Shown here: positions 1-9,354 of the stretch, piece by piece
Numbering within the stretch: the stretch's first letter is position 1
Layout of the letters: each line of letters opens with the position of its first letter
Source: Methylorubrum extorquens
GTDB taxonomy: Bacteria; Pseudomonadota; Alphaproteobacteria; Rhizobiales; Beijerinckiaceae
Assembly: GCA_900234795.1 (NCBI GenBank)
Contig: LT962688.1
Span: forward strand, 4,470,001 to 4,502,000
Direction of reading: 5' to 3'
DNA length: 32,000 nt
The notes under the pieces: generated by a model
Seen by the model: the letters and a program-made list of their open reading frames with translations, nothing else
What the model was told of the DNA's origin: nothing
Database searches by the model: none
Position numbers and translations under genes: made by a program

Positions 1-1271
1 CGGCGCCGAACGGCAGGTAGGCGTAGCGATCGCGCGAGGCCGTCAGCTCCGGTGCGAACCGATCCGGATCGAAGACATCCGGCCGGTCCCACAGCGATTG
101 GTGCCGGTGTAAGGCATAGACGGGCACATGCACCGATTCCCCGGCCGGGATGACCGTGTCGCCGAGGCGGACCTCCTCCGCCGTCCGCCGGACGATCAGC
201 GGTGCCGGCGGGTACAGGCGCATCACTTCGAGGACGACCTGCCGGGTGAAGGCGAGCCGGTCCAGCGCCTCGGGGGCCGGATCCGCACCGAGGCCTGCGA
301 TCTCGTCGAGGATGCGAGCCTCGACCGCCGGGTGGTCGGCCAGCACCCGCAAGGTCCATGTCAGGGCGAGCGCCGTGGTCTCGTGGCCGGCCGCGACGAA
401 GGTCAGCAGGTTGTCGATCAGGCTCTCGTCGGACAGGCGCTCCCCCGTCTCCGGGTCCTTCGCCTGCAACAACAGCCCGAGGAGGTCGGCACCGGGTTCG
501 CCGCGTGCACGGCGCCGTTCGACCGTTCGGGCCACCTCACTCCTGAGGTAACGGACCGCCCTCGCTCCCGCTCGCGCCCCCGGATGCGGCATCCAGGCCG
601 GCGCCCCCAGCATCGAGAGCGCGATCTTCCAGGGGAGTCTGGCCGAGATAGGCGTCGATCGCCCGTCCGAACGGCTCGACCTTCAACTGGCTGTCGCCCG
701 ATACCATCGTCGCGACGATGACGTCGAAGGTGGTGCGCATCATCTCCGGCAGGATGTCCCGCTCGCCGTCGAAGCGCGCATCCGCGGACGCGCGAGAGGA
801 CATCTGGCCGAGCCAGCGCAGGCGCGTGGCGTGGGCGGCCTCCGCCATGGCGGGGATGAAGGCCTTAACCCGGTCCGGCCGGAACATCGGGGCTGCCGTT
901 CTACGCTGCCCCCGCCAGTGCGGGCCGTCCGCCGTCAGGATACCGGACCCCAGGGCGGGCGCCAGCGCCCGCAGCATGAAAGGCTCGCGCTCCAGAGCTC
1001 CGGCCTGATCGACGATCAGGCTGCGGATGTGCCCGGGCGCGCAGACATACGTCGTCCGCTGGCCGAGGAAGCGCGTTGTCACGAGCGGTCGCGTGTAAAC
1101 CTCGTCGGGCCACGCCTCGATCAGGCTGCGAAGCATCGTGGCAAGCACGGACGGCAACGCGACCGCCTCGGCGAGCGCCTCCTGAAGCGGCGGACCGCCC
1201 GCCTCGCATACCCGAAACGTTCCTGCGGATGACATATCGGCAACCTCTCCGTCGCGACCCTCCGCCACCAT
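1..1271 (-). pseudogene. cytochrome P450; C-terminus cut by the left window edge; reading frame interrupted near 625-645
   Basis: Minus-strand translation from 1271 gives a P450 N-terminal half (LGSGILTADGPHWRGQRRTAAPMF, FGRAIDAYLGQ) and then runs into a Gly/Ala/Ser tail and a stop at 537-539. A frame offset by one base continues the P450: PWKIALSMLGAPAWMPHPG, the I-helix FVAAGHETTALAL (about 374-400), LYPPAP, and YLPFGAG at base 1. Codon phase at 1271 and at the I-helix differ by 1 nt. Confidence 0.6.
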
Positions 1272-1758
1272 CGTTAAGTTTTTCGCAGTTCGTCCCTCGC
1301 GGATACGGTCAGACCAGACATTATTTCGACGACGAATTCATGTGATGAACGTTCGATTGACGCGCTGCGCCCCGTAATAAACCTCACGTTACGCTCGGCT
1401 GTCAGATGGAAACCTTACCCGGCTTGCGCTTTGAGTATCGTGCGTCTCCAAAAATATAATTTAGTATATTTCACCTCGAAAAATTAGATTGTGCTGTTGA
1501 TCGCCGTGGCAGATCGTGGGCAGCACCAGATCAGGGCGGAAGGTTAAAGGTCTGAATTGAGTGTTGGGGAAAGCTCGCTCGATGCACGACAGCGAACGTT
1601 TCCTCACGCCGCGGCAAGCGATACGATCCGCTCACGCTTCGGTGCCGCCGATCAGGCTCGGCCGGACAGGTTCGCTCATGACGACGTGATCCTCCTGCGG
1701 TAAGGGTCGAGCCAATCCGTCGCCGTCTGTTCGGGGGCGCCTACGGAAAGGATCGTTC

Positions 1759-4260
1759 GTGGCCTCTGTTCTGGCCTCCATTGCCAAGCATGCCTTCGTC
1801 GTCGATGGCGGCGAGACGGGCCGACTTGTCCGCTCGCGGGATTGGTCCGCGACCCCGCTCGGGCCGATTGAGGGTTGGCCGCCGACCCTGAAGACCGCGG
1901 TCAACATCATGCTCACGTCGCCGGGCCCGGTCTCGATCCTCTGGGGGCCTGAGCGCGTCCAGATCTACAACGACGCGTACATTCCGATCGCGGCGGAGCG
2001 GCACCCGGACGCGCTTGGCCAGCCGGTGGCCCAGAATTGGAGCGACGCTTACGAGGCGTTCCTCGCTCCCATCCTCGATCGTGTGTTCGATGGCCAGACG
2101 GTCCGGATCGAAGAGTATGCGGTGCCGCTGCGGACGCCGTCAGGGCGTGTCGAGCAGCGGTTCTTCACCGGCAGCTTTCAGCCCCTGCATGATGAGACCG
2201 GGACGGTCGAAGGTGTCTTTCATCCGCTCTCCGAGGTGACCGGCAACAAGGCGGCCGCGGAAGACCAGCGCCGCGCCGAACAGGCGCTGCGCGAGAGCGA
2301 AACTCGCTACCGACAGATCGTCGAAGGTGCCGAAGACTACGCGATCGTGCGTCTCGACGATCGCGGGATCATCACCACGTGGAACACGGGCGCGGAGCGT
2401 CTCACGGGCTTTACGGAGCGCGATGCGATCGGGCAGCCCGGAGATATCCTGTTCACCCCCGAAGATCGGGCCCTGGGCCGGGCTGAGGCCGAGTTGAACC
2501 GGGCGAGGAGCGACGGGCGAGCGCTGAACGAACGCTGGCACATGCGCAAGGACGGCAGCCGGTTCTGGGCCTCGGGGCTCATGATGCGTCTCGACGCGGA
2601 CGGCGGCAGCTATCTCAACATGTTCCGCGACCGAACCGCCGAGCACGAGGCGGAGGCGGCGCTGGCCGCCGAAGTCGCGGCGCTCGGGCGGCTGCAGGAG
2701 GTGAGCACCCGGCTGGTCGGCGACGAGGCTCCGCAGGCGCTCTACGACGCGATCCTGACCGCCGCCGCCGACCTGATGGGGTCCGAATGCGCAAGCATCC
2801 AGATGCTGGATGCGGCCGGTGACCTCAAGCTCCTGGCGCATCGCGGCTACGACCCGCGCTCGGCGGCGTATTGGCAGACGGTCGATGCGCGGTCCGAGAG
2901 CACGTGCGGCCTTGCGATGACGCGGGGCGAGCGCGTGATCGTGCCCGACGTGGAGGATAGCGGCCTCGCCCACCGCAGCGGCGACCTTCAGTCCTACCGC
3001 TGGACGGGGATGCGCGCGATCCAGACGACGCCGCTGTTGTCCCGTTCGGGCAAGCCCATCGGCATGATCTCGACGCACTGGAAACAGCCGTACACGCCTC
3101 CGGAGCGCGACCTCAAGCTCTTCGACGTGCTCGCCCGCCAGGCTGCCGACGCGATCGAGCGGACGTCGGCTCAGGCAAACTTGCGCGAAAGCGAGGCGAG
3201 GCAGGCGTTCCTGCTCTCGCTCTCGGACGCGATGCGCTCGCTCAAGACGCCGGCGGACATCGCCTCGCTGGCGGCCGAGCGTCTCGCCGAGCGTTTCAAC
3301 CTGAGCCGGGTGTTCTACGTCGAGTTCTTCGGCAGCCTGATGCGGGTCGAGCGCGACTATACGAGAGGTGTCGGCTCGCTCGTCGGTGAGCACGACCTGG
3401 CGGCGTTCGGACCGGACCTGCTGCGCGCCTATCACGATAGCCCGATCGTCAAGGTCGACGACGTCCGCACGGACCTGCGGTTCAGCGAGGACGCGCGATC
3501 GGGGCTCCTTGCCCGGCAAGTCGGGGCCTACCTCGATGTGGTGCTGTTCGAGCACGAGCGGTGGGTGAGCGTGCTTGCCTTGCAGAGCGCCAAACCCCGG
3601 ACTTGGACATCCTCCGAAGAGGGTTTGTTCCGGGAGGTCGGCGAGCGCGTCAAAGCCGCCATCGAACGCGCGCGCGCCGAGGATCGGCTTCGCGAGCTGA
3701 ACGACACGCTTGAGCGGCGGGTCGCCGAGGCGCTTGCCGAGCGTAACATGCTCGCAAAGCTCGTCGAGATGACCGACGTCATGATCATGGCGATCGATCT
3801 CGACTACAACATCCTCGCCATCAATGCCGCGAATGCCGACGAGTTCGAGCGTATCTACGGTGTGCGCCCGAAGGCAGGCGACAACATCTTGGCGCTGCTC
3901 GCCGACCAGCCGGAGCACCAGGAGCAGGTGCGGATTGGCTGGGCCCAGGGCATGCGCGGCGAGCCGGTCACCTTCGTTGAGGATTACGGCGACCCGACCC
4001 GTGTCCGCCCCTATTACGAGGTGAACTTCCGGCCCCTACGCGACGAAAGCGGCGAGCTGGTCGGCTTCTACCAATTTGTGACCGACGTCACGGACCGCTT
4101 GCGCCGGGAGGCGGCGCCATCATCCGGCGGGGATGCGTTGCGTGCCGGTGCCCGTCTACTATCGTGGCGGTGCAAGCGTCATCGTCGCCCATCTGGCGTT
4201 GAGGTGACACCCCGTCATCAGGCTGGGAGCGACACGTGGCGCCGAGCGACATCGACGTGA
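1759..4260 (+). CDS. PAS/GAF multi-domain sensor protein without a kinase or output domain (apparently truncated sensor histidine kinase)
   Basis: GTG-start ORF of 833 aa. It has an N-terminal PAS block typical of alphaproteobacterial sensor kinases (DWSATPLGPIEGWPPTLKTAV, LWGPERVQIYNDAY). A second PAS (YRQIVEGAEDYAIVRLDDRGIITTWNTGAERLTGF), two GAF-like blocks and a third PAS (MIMAIDLDYNILAINAANADEF) follow. No H-box or ATPase motifs are present. The last ~50 aa are Arg-rich low complexity. Confidence 0.85.
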   Translation: MASVLASIAKHAFVVDGGETGRLVRSRDWSATPLGPIEGWPPTLKTAVNIMLTSPGPVSILWGPERVQIYNDAYIPIAAERHPDALGQPVAQNWSDAYEAFLAPILDRVFDGQTVRIEEYAVPLRTPSGRVEQRFFTGSFQPLHDETGTVEGVFHPLSEVTGNKAAAEDQRRAEQALRESETRYRQIVEGAEDYAIVRLDDRGIITTWNTGAERLTGFTERDAIGQPGDILFTPEDRALGRAEAELNRARSDGRALNERWHMRKDGSRFWASGLMMRLDADGGSYLNMFRDRTAEHEAEAALAAEVAALGRLQEVSTRLVGDEAPQALYDAILTAAADLMGSECASIQMLDAAGDLKLLAHRGYDPRSAAYWQTVDARSESTCGLAMTRGERVIVPDVEDSGLAHRSGDLQSYRWTGMRAIQTTPLLSRSGKPIGMISTHWKQPYTPPERDLKLFDVLARQAADAIERTSAQANLRESEARQAFLLSLSDAMRSLKTPADIASLAAERLAERFNLSRVFYVEFFGSLMRVERDYTRGVGSLVGEHDLAAFGPDLLRAYHDSPIVKVDDVRTDLRFSEDARSGLLARQVGAYLDVVLFEHERWVSVLALQSAKPRTWTSSEEGLFREVGERVKAAIERARAEDRLRELNDTLERRVAEALAERNMLAKLVEMTDVMIMAIDLDYNILAINAANADEFERIYGVRPKAGDNILALLADQPEHQEQVRIGWAQGMRGEPVTFVEDYGDPTRVRPYYEVNFRPLRDESGELVGFYQFVTDVTDRLRREAAPSSGGDALRAGARLLSWRCKRHRRPSGVEVTPRHQAGSDTWRRATST

Positions 4261-5126
4261 TCCGGGTTCGCCTCGCTGCCCATCCGCGACCTGCCGACTT
4301 GGCCGAGCGGCGCGCTCGAGTCGACGCTCTCGCCGCCGACTACGCCTTGCCTCCGGATGTTCGGGTCGAGCCGATTGATGCTCATGGCGTGCCAGCGGAG
4401 TGGACGAGCACGCCCACGGCCGATGGCGAACGTGTCATTCTATTCCTGCACGGGGGCGGCTACGTCTCCGGATCCCTGAAGAGCCACCGCCACATGGTCG
4501 CGCAGGCTGGCCGCGAAGCGCGGGCACGCACCCTGGCGCTCGGCTACCGCCTCGCGCCGGAGCACCCGTTCCCGGCCGCGCTCGACGACGCGCTCACCGG
4601 CTACCGCTTTCTCCTGGCTTCGGGCATCGCGCCGGCACGGATCGCACTCGCGGGCGAGAGCGCGGGCGGCGGCCTCGCGCTCACGACGGCCCTGTCCTTA
4701 CGAGAGGCGGGCTTGCCTCTGCCCGGATGCCTCTGGCTGAGCTCGCCCTGGGTCGATCTTGCGCTGACTGGGGCTAGCATGGAATCCAAGGCTGCCGTCG
4801 ATCCCCTGCTTGGCAGGACCTATCTCTCCGAACTTGCGAGCCTCTATTTGAACGGTGCCGATGCGTTGGGGCCTCTCGTCTCACCGATCAACGCCGATCT
4901 CGCGGGGCTTCCGCCGATGCTGATCCAGGTCGGCTCCGCCGAGACGCTCCTGGACGATTCCGTGCGGCTTGCAGCCGTCGCGGGCGCCACCGACATTGCC
5001 GTACACCTCGAGATCTGGCCTCACATGATCCACGCGTGGCATCTCTTCTACCAAGATGTCGCGGATGGCCGACGCTCCCTCGCGAGCGCCGGGTCCTTCA
5101 TCGAGAGCCGTCTCGACGGTCGTTGA
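4236..5126 (+). CDS. alpha/beta hydrolase fold-3 esterase/lipase (HSL family)
   Basis: 296-aa ORF with the HGGGY oxyanion-hole motif and the GESAGG nucleophile elbow. The GTG start overlaps the tail of the sensor ORF. Confidence 0.88.
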   Translation: MAPSDIDVIRVRLAAHPRPADLAERRARVDALAADYALPPDVRVEPIDAHGVPAEWTSTPTADGERVILFLHGGGYVSGSLKSHRHMVAQAGREARARTLALGYRLAPEHPFPAALDDALTGYRFLLASGIAPARIALAGESAGGGLALTTALSLREAGLPLPGCLWLSSPWVDLALTGASMESKAAVDPLLGRTYLSELASLYLNGADALGPLVSPINADLAGLPPMLIQVGSAETLLDDSVRLAAVAGATDIAVHLEIWPHMIHAWHLFYQDVADGRRSLASAGSFIESRLDGR

Positions 5127-5214
5127 AAGGCGGGGACGCGAACAGGCCGCTCCCCTCGACTGCGTGCCGGCTCCGAAGCCCTTGGACCGGGAGCGTTCCG
5201 GCCGCTCAAACATC

Positions 5215-5457
5215 TCAGAGTTTCAACACCGCGAGCGATTTTGCGGCGCCGCGCTGCTCCAGATCGAGACCGTGTTCTCGGATCTCCGCGTCGGTAAGTT
5301 CGCGCAGCACCTCGGATTCGGCGTCGGCACCGACCGCCTCGGAGACGACCAGAAGGGCGTCCTGCTCGTCGCCTGCGACCACCAGAACCGGCACGGTCCT
5401 CGGGTCGCCTCCGTCCGGCCCCCGCGCCGTCACCTGCACACCGTAGGCCTTGTTCAT
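5215..5457 (-). CDS. hypothetical small protein (80 aa)
   Basis: ATG-start ORF with an AGGA about 11 nt upstream. It is co-directional with the SDR gene and the 59-aa ORF upstream. No recognisable domain. Confidence 0.45.
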   Translation of the reverse strand: MNKAYGVQVTARGPDGGDPRTVPVLVVAGDEQDALLVVSEAVGADAESEVLRELTDAEIREHGLDLEQRGAAKSLAVLKL

Positions 5458-5514
5458 TGTCTACCATTCCTGATCAGTATCGCTGTCGTCGCGGTTGCTC
5501 CGCTGGGAGCGGAT

Positions 5515-5694
5515 TTACGGTCCTCCGGCGAGAGAGCCTGTGATCACCATAATCAACGCATCGATATCGATCCGCCCTTGGATGTCGACAAAGCCGTCCT
5601 CCGCGAGGCTGACCTTCGGTGCGGCATCCGTCGCCTCCGCTTGACGCTGAAGTTCAGTCAGGATGGCGTCCCTGATCGTGGTCTGCAGGTCCAT
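5515..5694 (-). CDS. hypothetical small protein (59 aa; below the ORF-track cutoff)
   Basis: Hand translation gives MDLQTTIRDAILTELQRQAEATDAAPKVSLAEDGFVDIQGRIDIDALIMVITGSLAGGP, ending in TAA at 5515-5517. A strong GGGAGGA Shine-Dalgarno lies 7 nt upstream of the ATG at 5692-5694. Confidence 0.5.
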   Translation of the reverse strand: MDLQTTIRDAILTELQRQAEATDAAPKVSLAEDGFVDIQGRIDIDALIMVITGSLAGGP

Positions 5695-5779
5695 GATTGA
5701 TCCTCCCTATCGAGTCGTCCGACGTCGCATGTCCAAGCGTCGCGGTCGCGCAGGTTGAGAGACACGCCTCTGCGAGGTC

Positions 5780-6544
5780 TCACGCCTGTTTCGGCTGCCC
5801 GTTCGATGCCGTGAGGCCGCCATCAACCGGCAGGTTCACGCCGGTGACGTAGCGCGCATCCGCGCTCGCCAGGAAGGCGATCACGTCGGCAACCTCATCG
5901 GGCTCGGCTCCACGGCCGAGGGGGATCCGCTCCGCGAAGCGCTTCATCAGGGCCGTGTCTCCCTTCATGTCCTCGGTCAGGTCGGTGAAGGTCAGGCCGG
6001 GATTGACCGCGTTGACCCGCACGCCTCTCTCGCCGAGTTCAAGGGCCAGCGAGCGCGTGAAGTTCGACACCGCACCCTTGGCCGCGTTGTAGAAGCTCAT
6101 GTTCCAGTCGCCGCCGAGCCCCGATACGGACGAGACGTTGACGATGTTGCCGCCGCTCTGGATCAGATGCGGCAGGGCGGCGCGCGTGCAGAAAAACACG
6201 CCGTCCACGTCGATGGCCATGACCTTGCGCCAATCGGCGACGGACGCCTCAAGGAGCGGGCCGGTCGGAACGACGCCGGCATTGTTGACGAGGATGTCGA
6301 GCCGGCCGAAGCGCTCGACCGCGGCGGCGATCAGAGCCTCGGCATCACCCTGATCGGACACGTCGCCGGTCTGCACCAGGACGCGATCCGGTTCGAGATC
6401 GGCGGTGACGCGCTCAAGCTTCTCCCGCGTGCGGCCGTTGAGTACGACCGATGCGCCGTCCTGCGCGAAGCGCCGTGCCGTCGCGGCCCCGATGCCGGAG
6501 CCTGATCCCGTCACGATCACCACCTTGCCGCTGAACCGGGTCAT
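5780..6544 (-). CDS. SDR family oxidoreductase (3-oxoacyl-ACP reductase-like)
   Basis: 254 aa with the TGSGSGIG Rossmann motif, NNAG, and the YNAAK catalytic Tyr/Lys. Confidence 0.92.
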   Translation of the reverse strand: MTRFSGKVVIVTGSGSGIGAATARRFAQDGASVVLNGRTREKLERVTADLEPDRVLVQTGDVSDQGDAEALIAAAVERFGRLDILVNNAGVVPTGPLLEASVADWRKVMAIDVDGVFFCTRAALPHLIQSGGNIVNVSSVSGLGGDWNMSFYNAAKGAVSNFTRSLALELGERGVRVNAVNPGLTFTDLTEDMKGDTALMKRFAERIPLGRGAEPDEVADVIAFLASADARYVTGVNLPVDGGLTASNGQPKQA

Positions 6545-6656
6545 GCGCTGGGCTCCCCACGTCGTCGCTCATCGGTCGCTGCGGCCCCTGCGGGCGTCGA
6601 GGTCATCTCGCAGGGCTAACCGAGCGAGGCGGCATTCGTTCTCGATCGCAAGGCCA

Positions 6657-7199
6657 TCAAGGGGCGCCCTCGTCGTAGAAGGCGCGTCCGTGCTCCCTAT
6701 TTCGGTCCTCGCCCGTCGCGAGCCGGTCCGCCACGTAGCCGGTCACGAAGGCATAGATCGCCTTATGCAGGAGATCGACGCGCTGCTCGTCGAGTGGCCA
6801 GGTCCACGGCGGGGCACCGGCTCCCGTGACGTTCTCCAGGGCCTGATCGTTGAAGAGCCGTGCGTTCAGGAACAGGAAGGAGGCGACCGAACCTCGCATG
6901 CCGTGCTCGGCCATTAGGGCTCGAAGCGGGCCGAGGGCGATGCCCTGGCCCCAGTGCATGGCCCAGTTCATCACGATATCGTCTCGATCGGGCTGCGAGC
7001 GACCGAGCAGCCGTTGCAGGGTATGGGCTGGCACGAACGAGTTCGACCGGCCCGTCAGGCTCTGCTCGATCTTCTCGGCGATGGTCATGGCCGCCACTCC
7101 GGCCGCCCCTGCCAATAGACCTCGGACCAGAACACCGCCGGCCGACCCACTGCGCTTGTCTGCTCCAGGACGATCGGGATCGACATCAGGGCGAGCCAT
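6657..7199 (-). CDS. hypothetical membrane-associated protein (about 180 aa)
   Basis: The C-terminal 180 aa of the 298-aa track ORF look protein-like (GLLAGAAGVAAMTIAEKIEQSLTG, WAMHWGQGIALGPL). The upstream extension is Arg/Pro-rich junk. The start was chosen at the ATG at 7197-7199 (MARPDVD). No family recognised. Confidence 0.5.
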   Translation of the reverse strand: MARPDVDPDRPGADKRSGSAGGVLVRGLLAGAAGVAAMTIAEKIEQSLTGRSNSFVPAHTLQRLLGRSQPDRDDIVMNWAMHWGQGIALGPLRALMAEHGMRGSVASFLFLNARLFNDQALENVTGAGAPPWTWPLDEQRVDLLHKAIYAFVTGYVADRLATGEDRNREHGRAFYDEGAP

Positions 7200-7549
7200 C
7201 GGCGAGATCCTTGGTCGGGCCGGCCGGCAGGTCATCGGCCGCGCTTTGAGGGGCCAACCCGGCGCTCGCCGTGCAAGTTCATCGACCGGTCGCCGCCGGC
7301 ATGGCCGCTTCGCCCGCCGTCCGTCGTGGTGTCCTTTGTCGTGGATCCTGGCATCGAGATTTGTCGCGGCGGCACCGTCGGCAACGGCGAGACGGTCCAC
7401 AGGATGGTTGCCCGAGCCCGCCCGTGATTCTTCCGGCTTCTGGCGCCGCGGAGGCTGAATGCCGGATTGCACCCACTCGTTCACGCTCGCCGCTGCCTTG
7501 CTCCCTGCGACGGAACGCGCGCAATCCGCCATTCGCCGGATACGCGCCC

Positions 7550-7729
7550 TCACATGAGCTTGGCCATCAGGAAGAACCCGAACCCCACGGCCAGGAGGCT
7601 TCTCGAGAGTCGGGCAAACGCGCCGACGCCCACGCCATCATCAAGCGCTCGCAAGTGGGCGACCTGCGCGAAGATCGCTGCCCAGTAGGCGGACCACAAG
7701 CTCAAGATTGCGCTGGTCAAGGTCGGCAC
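7550..7729 (-). CDS. hypothetical small membrane protein (about 59 aa; not in the ORF track)
   Basis: GTG-start ORF: VPTLTSAILSLWSAYWAAIFAQVAHLRALDDGVGVGAFARLSRSLLAVGFGFFLMAKLM. It has two hydrophobic segments. Third codon positions are very G/C-rich, the coding signature of this genome. Confidence 0.4.
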   Translation of the reverse strand: MPTLTSAILSLWSAYWAAIFAQVAHLRALDDGVGVGAFARLSRSLLAVGFGFFLMAKLM

Positions 7730-7744
7730 GGCCCCGCTTCGCTC

Positions 7745-7963
7745 TCAGGCCTGCGCACGCCGTTCCCGCCGCCAGGACGCAATCGCGTGCTGTCGCGCCT
7801 CAAAGGCCCGCCGAACGGGTGTGCCGTCCTCCCCTCGTCCCTCGCAACGGTAGCCGAACCGGAGCACGCCGTCGGGACCGTAGAGGCGGACCATCTCGGA
7901 TCGCCACGCGCGATCGGTTCGAGCCAGAACGGCTTCGGTCTCGTCCAATCGGTTCACGTCCAT
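7745..7963 (-). CDS. hypothetical small protein (72 aa)
   Basis: The internal ATG (MDVNRLDETEAV) has an AGGA about 9 nt upstream. It lies inside the implausible 444-aa plus-strand ORF. Confidence 0.4.
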   Translation of the reverse strand: MDVNRLDETEAVLARTDRAWRSEMVRLYGPDGVLRFGYRCEGRGEDGTPVRRAFEARQHAIASWRRERRAQA

Positions 7964-8157
7964 CGCGGTTATCCTGGGCATCGGGGATACCCGTTCAACG
8001 CGGTCCGATACGATCCGCTCCCCCGCACGCCTCGGCGAGCCTGTGCCATGAGAGGCCGCTTCCCCTCATTTTTTCGAAAATCGGTGCCGGGCGAGATGCG
8101 GCACTTACAGCACGTGCGGAGCGCGAACCGAGAAGAGGGAGACGTCGTTGTGCACGT

Positions 8158-8403
8158 ATGTCCGACCCATCGTCTGCCCCAGCCTCCGACCAAGCCATCG
8201 ACGCGCGCCGTCGCGAGATGGCGATCGAGCATCTCCTGTTCGGCACGATCCGCTTCGTCGCCAAGCGTCATCCCGATCTTCTGGATGAACTCGACGGTAG
8301 CCTCGACCACCTGTGGGACAAAGCCCATGGCGACGATCGAGACGACGAGGCGGTGCGGGAGGTGGCCCGACGCTTCCTCAAAAGCCTACGCGCCGAGCGT
8401 TAG
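8158..8403 (+). CDS. hypothetical small protein (81 aa)
   Basis: Only the last 81 aa of track ORF 7708..8403 look protein-like: MSDPSSAPASDQAIDARRREMAIEHLLFGTIRFVAKRHPDLLDELDGSLDHLWDKAHG. The ATG is at 8158. Confidence 0.45.
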   Translation: MSDPSSAPASDQAIDARRREMAIEHLLFGTIRFVAKRHPDLLDELDGSLDHLWDKAHGDDRDDEAVREVARRFLKSLRAER

Positions 8404-8627
8404 CCGCCAGAGCAACGGCAGCCGCGATCGCGCGGATGCTCGTGACCTTCCGCAACAGTCAGGTTCCGATGCCGATCCGTTCGCTTCCGGACGGCCACGG
8501 GGCAAACAGCAATTCTCGCTCCGTGAGCTCCTGAAGAAGGGCGAGAGCACGGGAGACGCGCCGTCGGCTACTTGCTCCCTCTCGCGCTGCCCGAACGTTC
8601 GTTGAGGGTGTCTCTGGTGCCCGGTGA

Positions 8628-9095
8628 TCAGAGGAAGCCGTGGACGCGCAGGGCTCGGATCGACGTGGCCGCGCCCTGATGATGGATGAAGACGCCACCG
8701 GCCTCTTCCCAGCGGTGGCGATGGGTGTCCCAGTCGTCGACGAGTGCGTCGCCCGGACGACAATGCTCGCGCTTCAGCGCAGCGGTCGTCGTGATCATCG
8801 GCGTGCCGGGGAAGTGGCGCTCGGCCCAGCACCGCTTCTGCGGCTCGGCCCAGTTCCCGCGGGGCAGGCCGGTGAGGATGACGGGTTCGCAGGACCTGAC
8901 GGCCTCGTAGAGCTCCCGCGCGTCCGGTAACAGTGCGAGCTCCGCGAAGAAGTCGGGCTCCGCCGCCAGCCGGCTCCAGAACTGCCGCATCCCGAACCGG
9001 CGCTGAAAATCCTCCGGCGACATCCCGAGTACGCGTGACGCTCCGCCGTTGAAGTCGGCGAGGACCCCGTCGCAGTCAAGAAACACCGTCGGCAT
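8628..9095 (-). CDS. HAD-superfamily phosphatase, 5'(3')-deoxyribonucleotidase-like
   Basis: MPTVFLDCDGVLADF carries the DxDGV nucleophile motif at the N-terminus. The size (about 155 aa) suits small capless HAD nucleotidases. The start is taken at the second ATG (9093-9095). Confidence 0.65.
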   Translation of the reverse strand: MPTVFLDCDGVLADFNGGASRVLGMSPEDFQRRFGMRQFWSRLAAEPDFFAELALLPDARELYEAVRSCEPVILTGLPRGNWAEPQKRCWAERHFPGTPMITTTAALKREHCRPGDALVDDWDTHRHRWEEAGGVFIHHQGAATSIRALRVHGFL

Positions 9096-9354
9096 CCCTG
9101 TGCCCCACCCTCTCATTGTCCTGCCTTGGCGGTCGCGCGAGCGCAGCCAGATGGGTAACGAGGCGGCGCGGGTTTCGGATCACGGGCAACATGAAGCGCG
9201 ACACTGCGCTCGGGTCGAGACTTGAAGCGCCGGACCGCCAACGTCATAGGCGTCGCAGCCGGACAGCGACGGGGCGGAGCCATAGGGGACCTCCGCGCGT
9301 GCCGTCGCGACCTCGCGTCGAGACGCGAGGGCGGCACCAAGCGGGCGGACGGAC

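Noticed and set aside
2140-3918. 592-aa ORF on the minus strand, antisense to the PAS/GAF sensor gene
   Set aside because: The translation is Arg/Gly/Pro/Ala-rich with no motifs. It is a typical shadow ORF of a high-GC gene, whereas the plus-strand frame carries clear PAS/GAF sequence.
7271-8605. 444-aa plus-strand ORF
   Set aside because: The sequence is Arg/Pro/Ser-rich and low-complexity with no domain. The region is better explained by several short ORFs on both strands with plausible starts and G/C-rich third positions.
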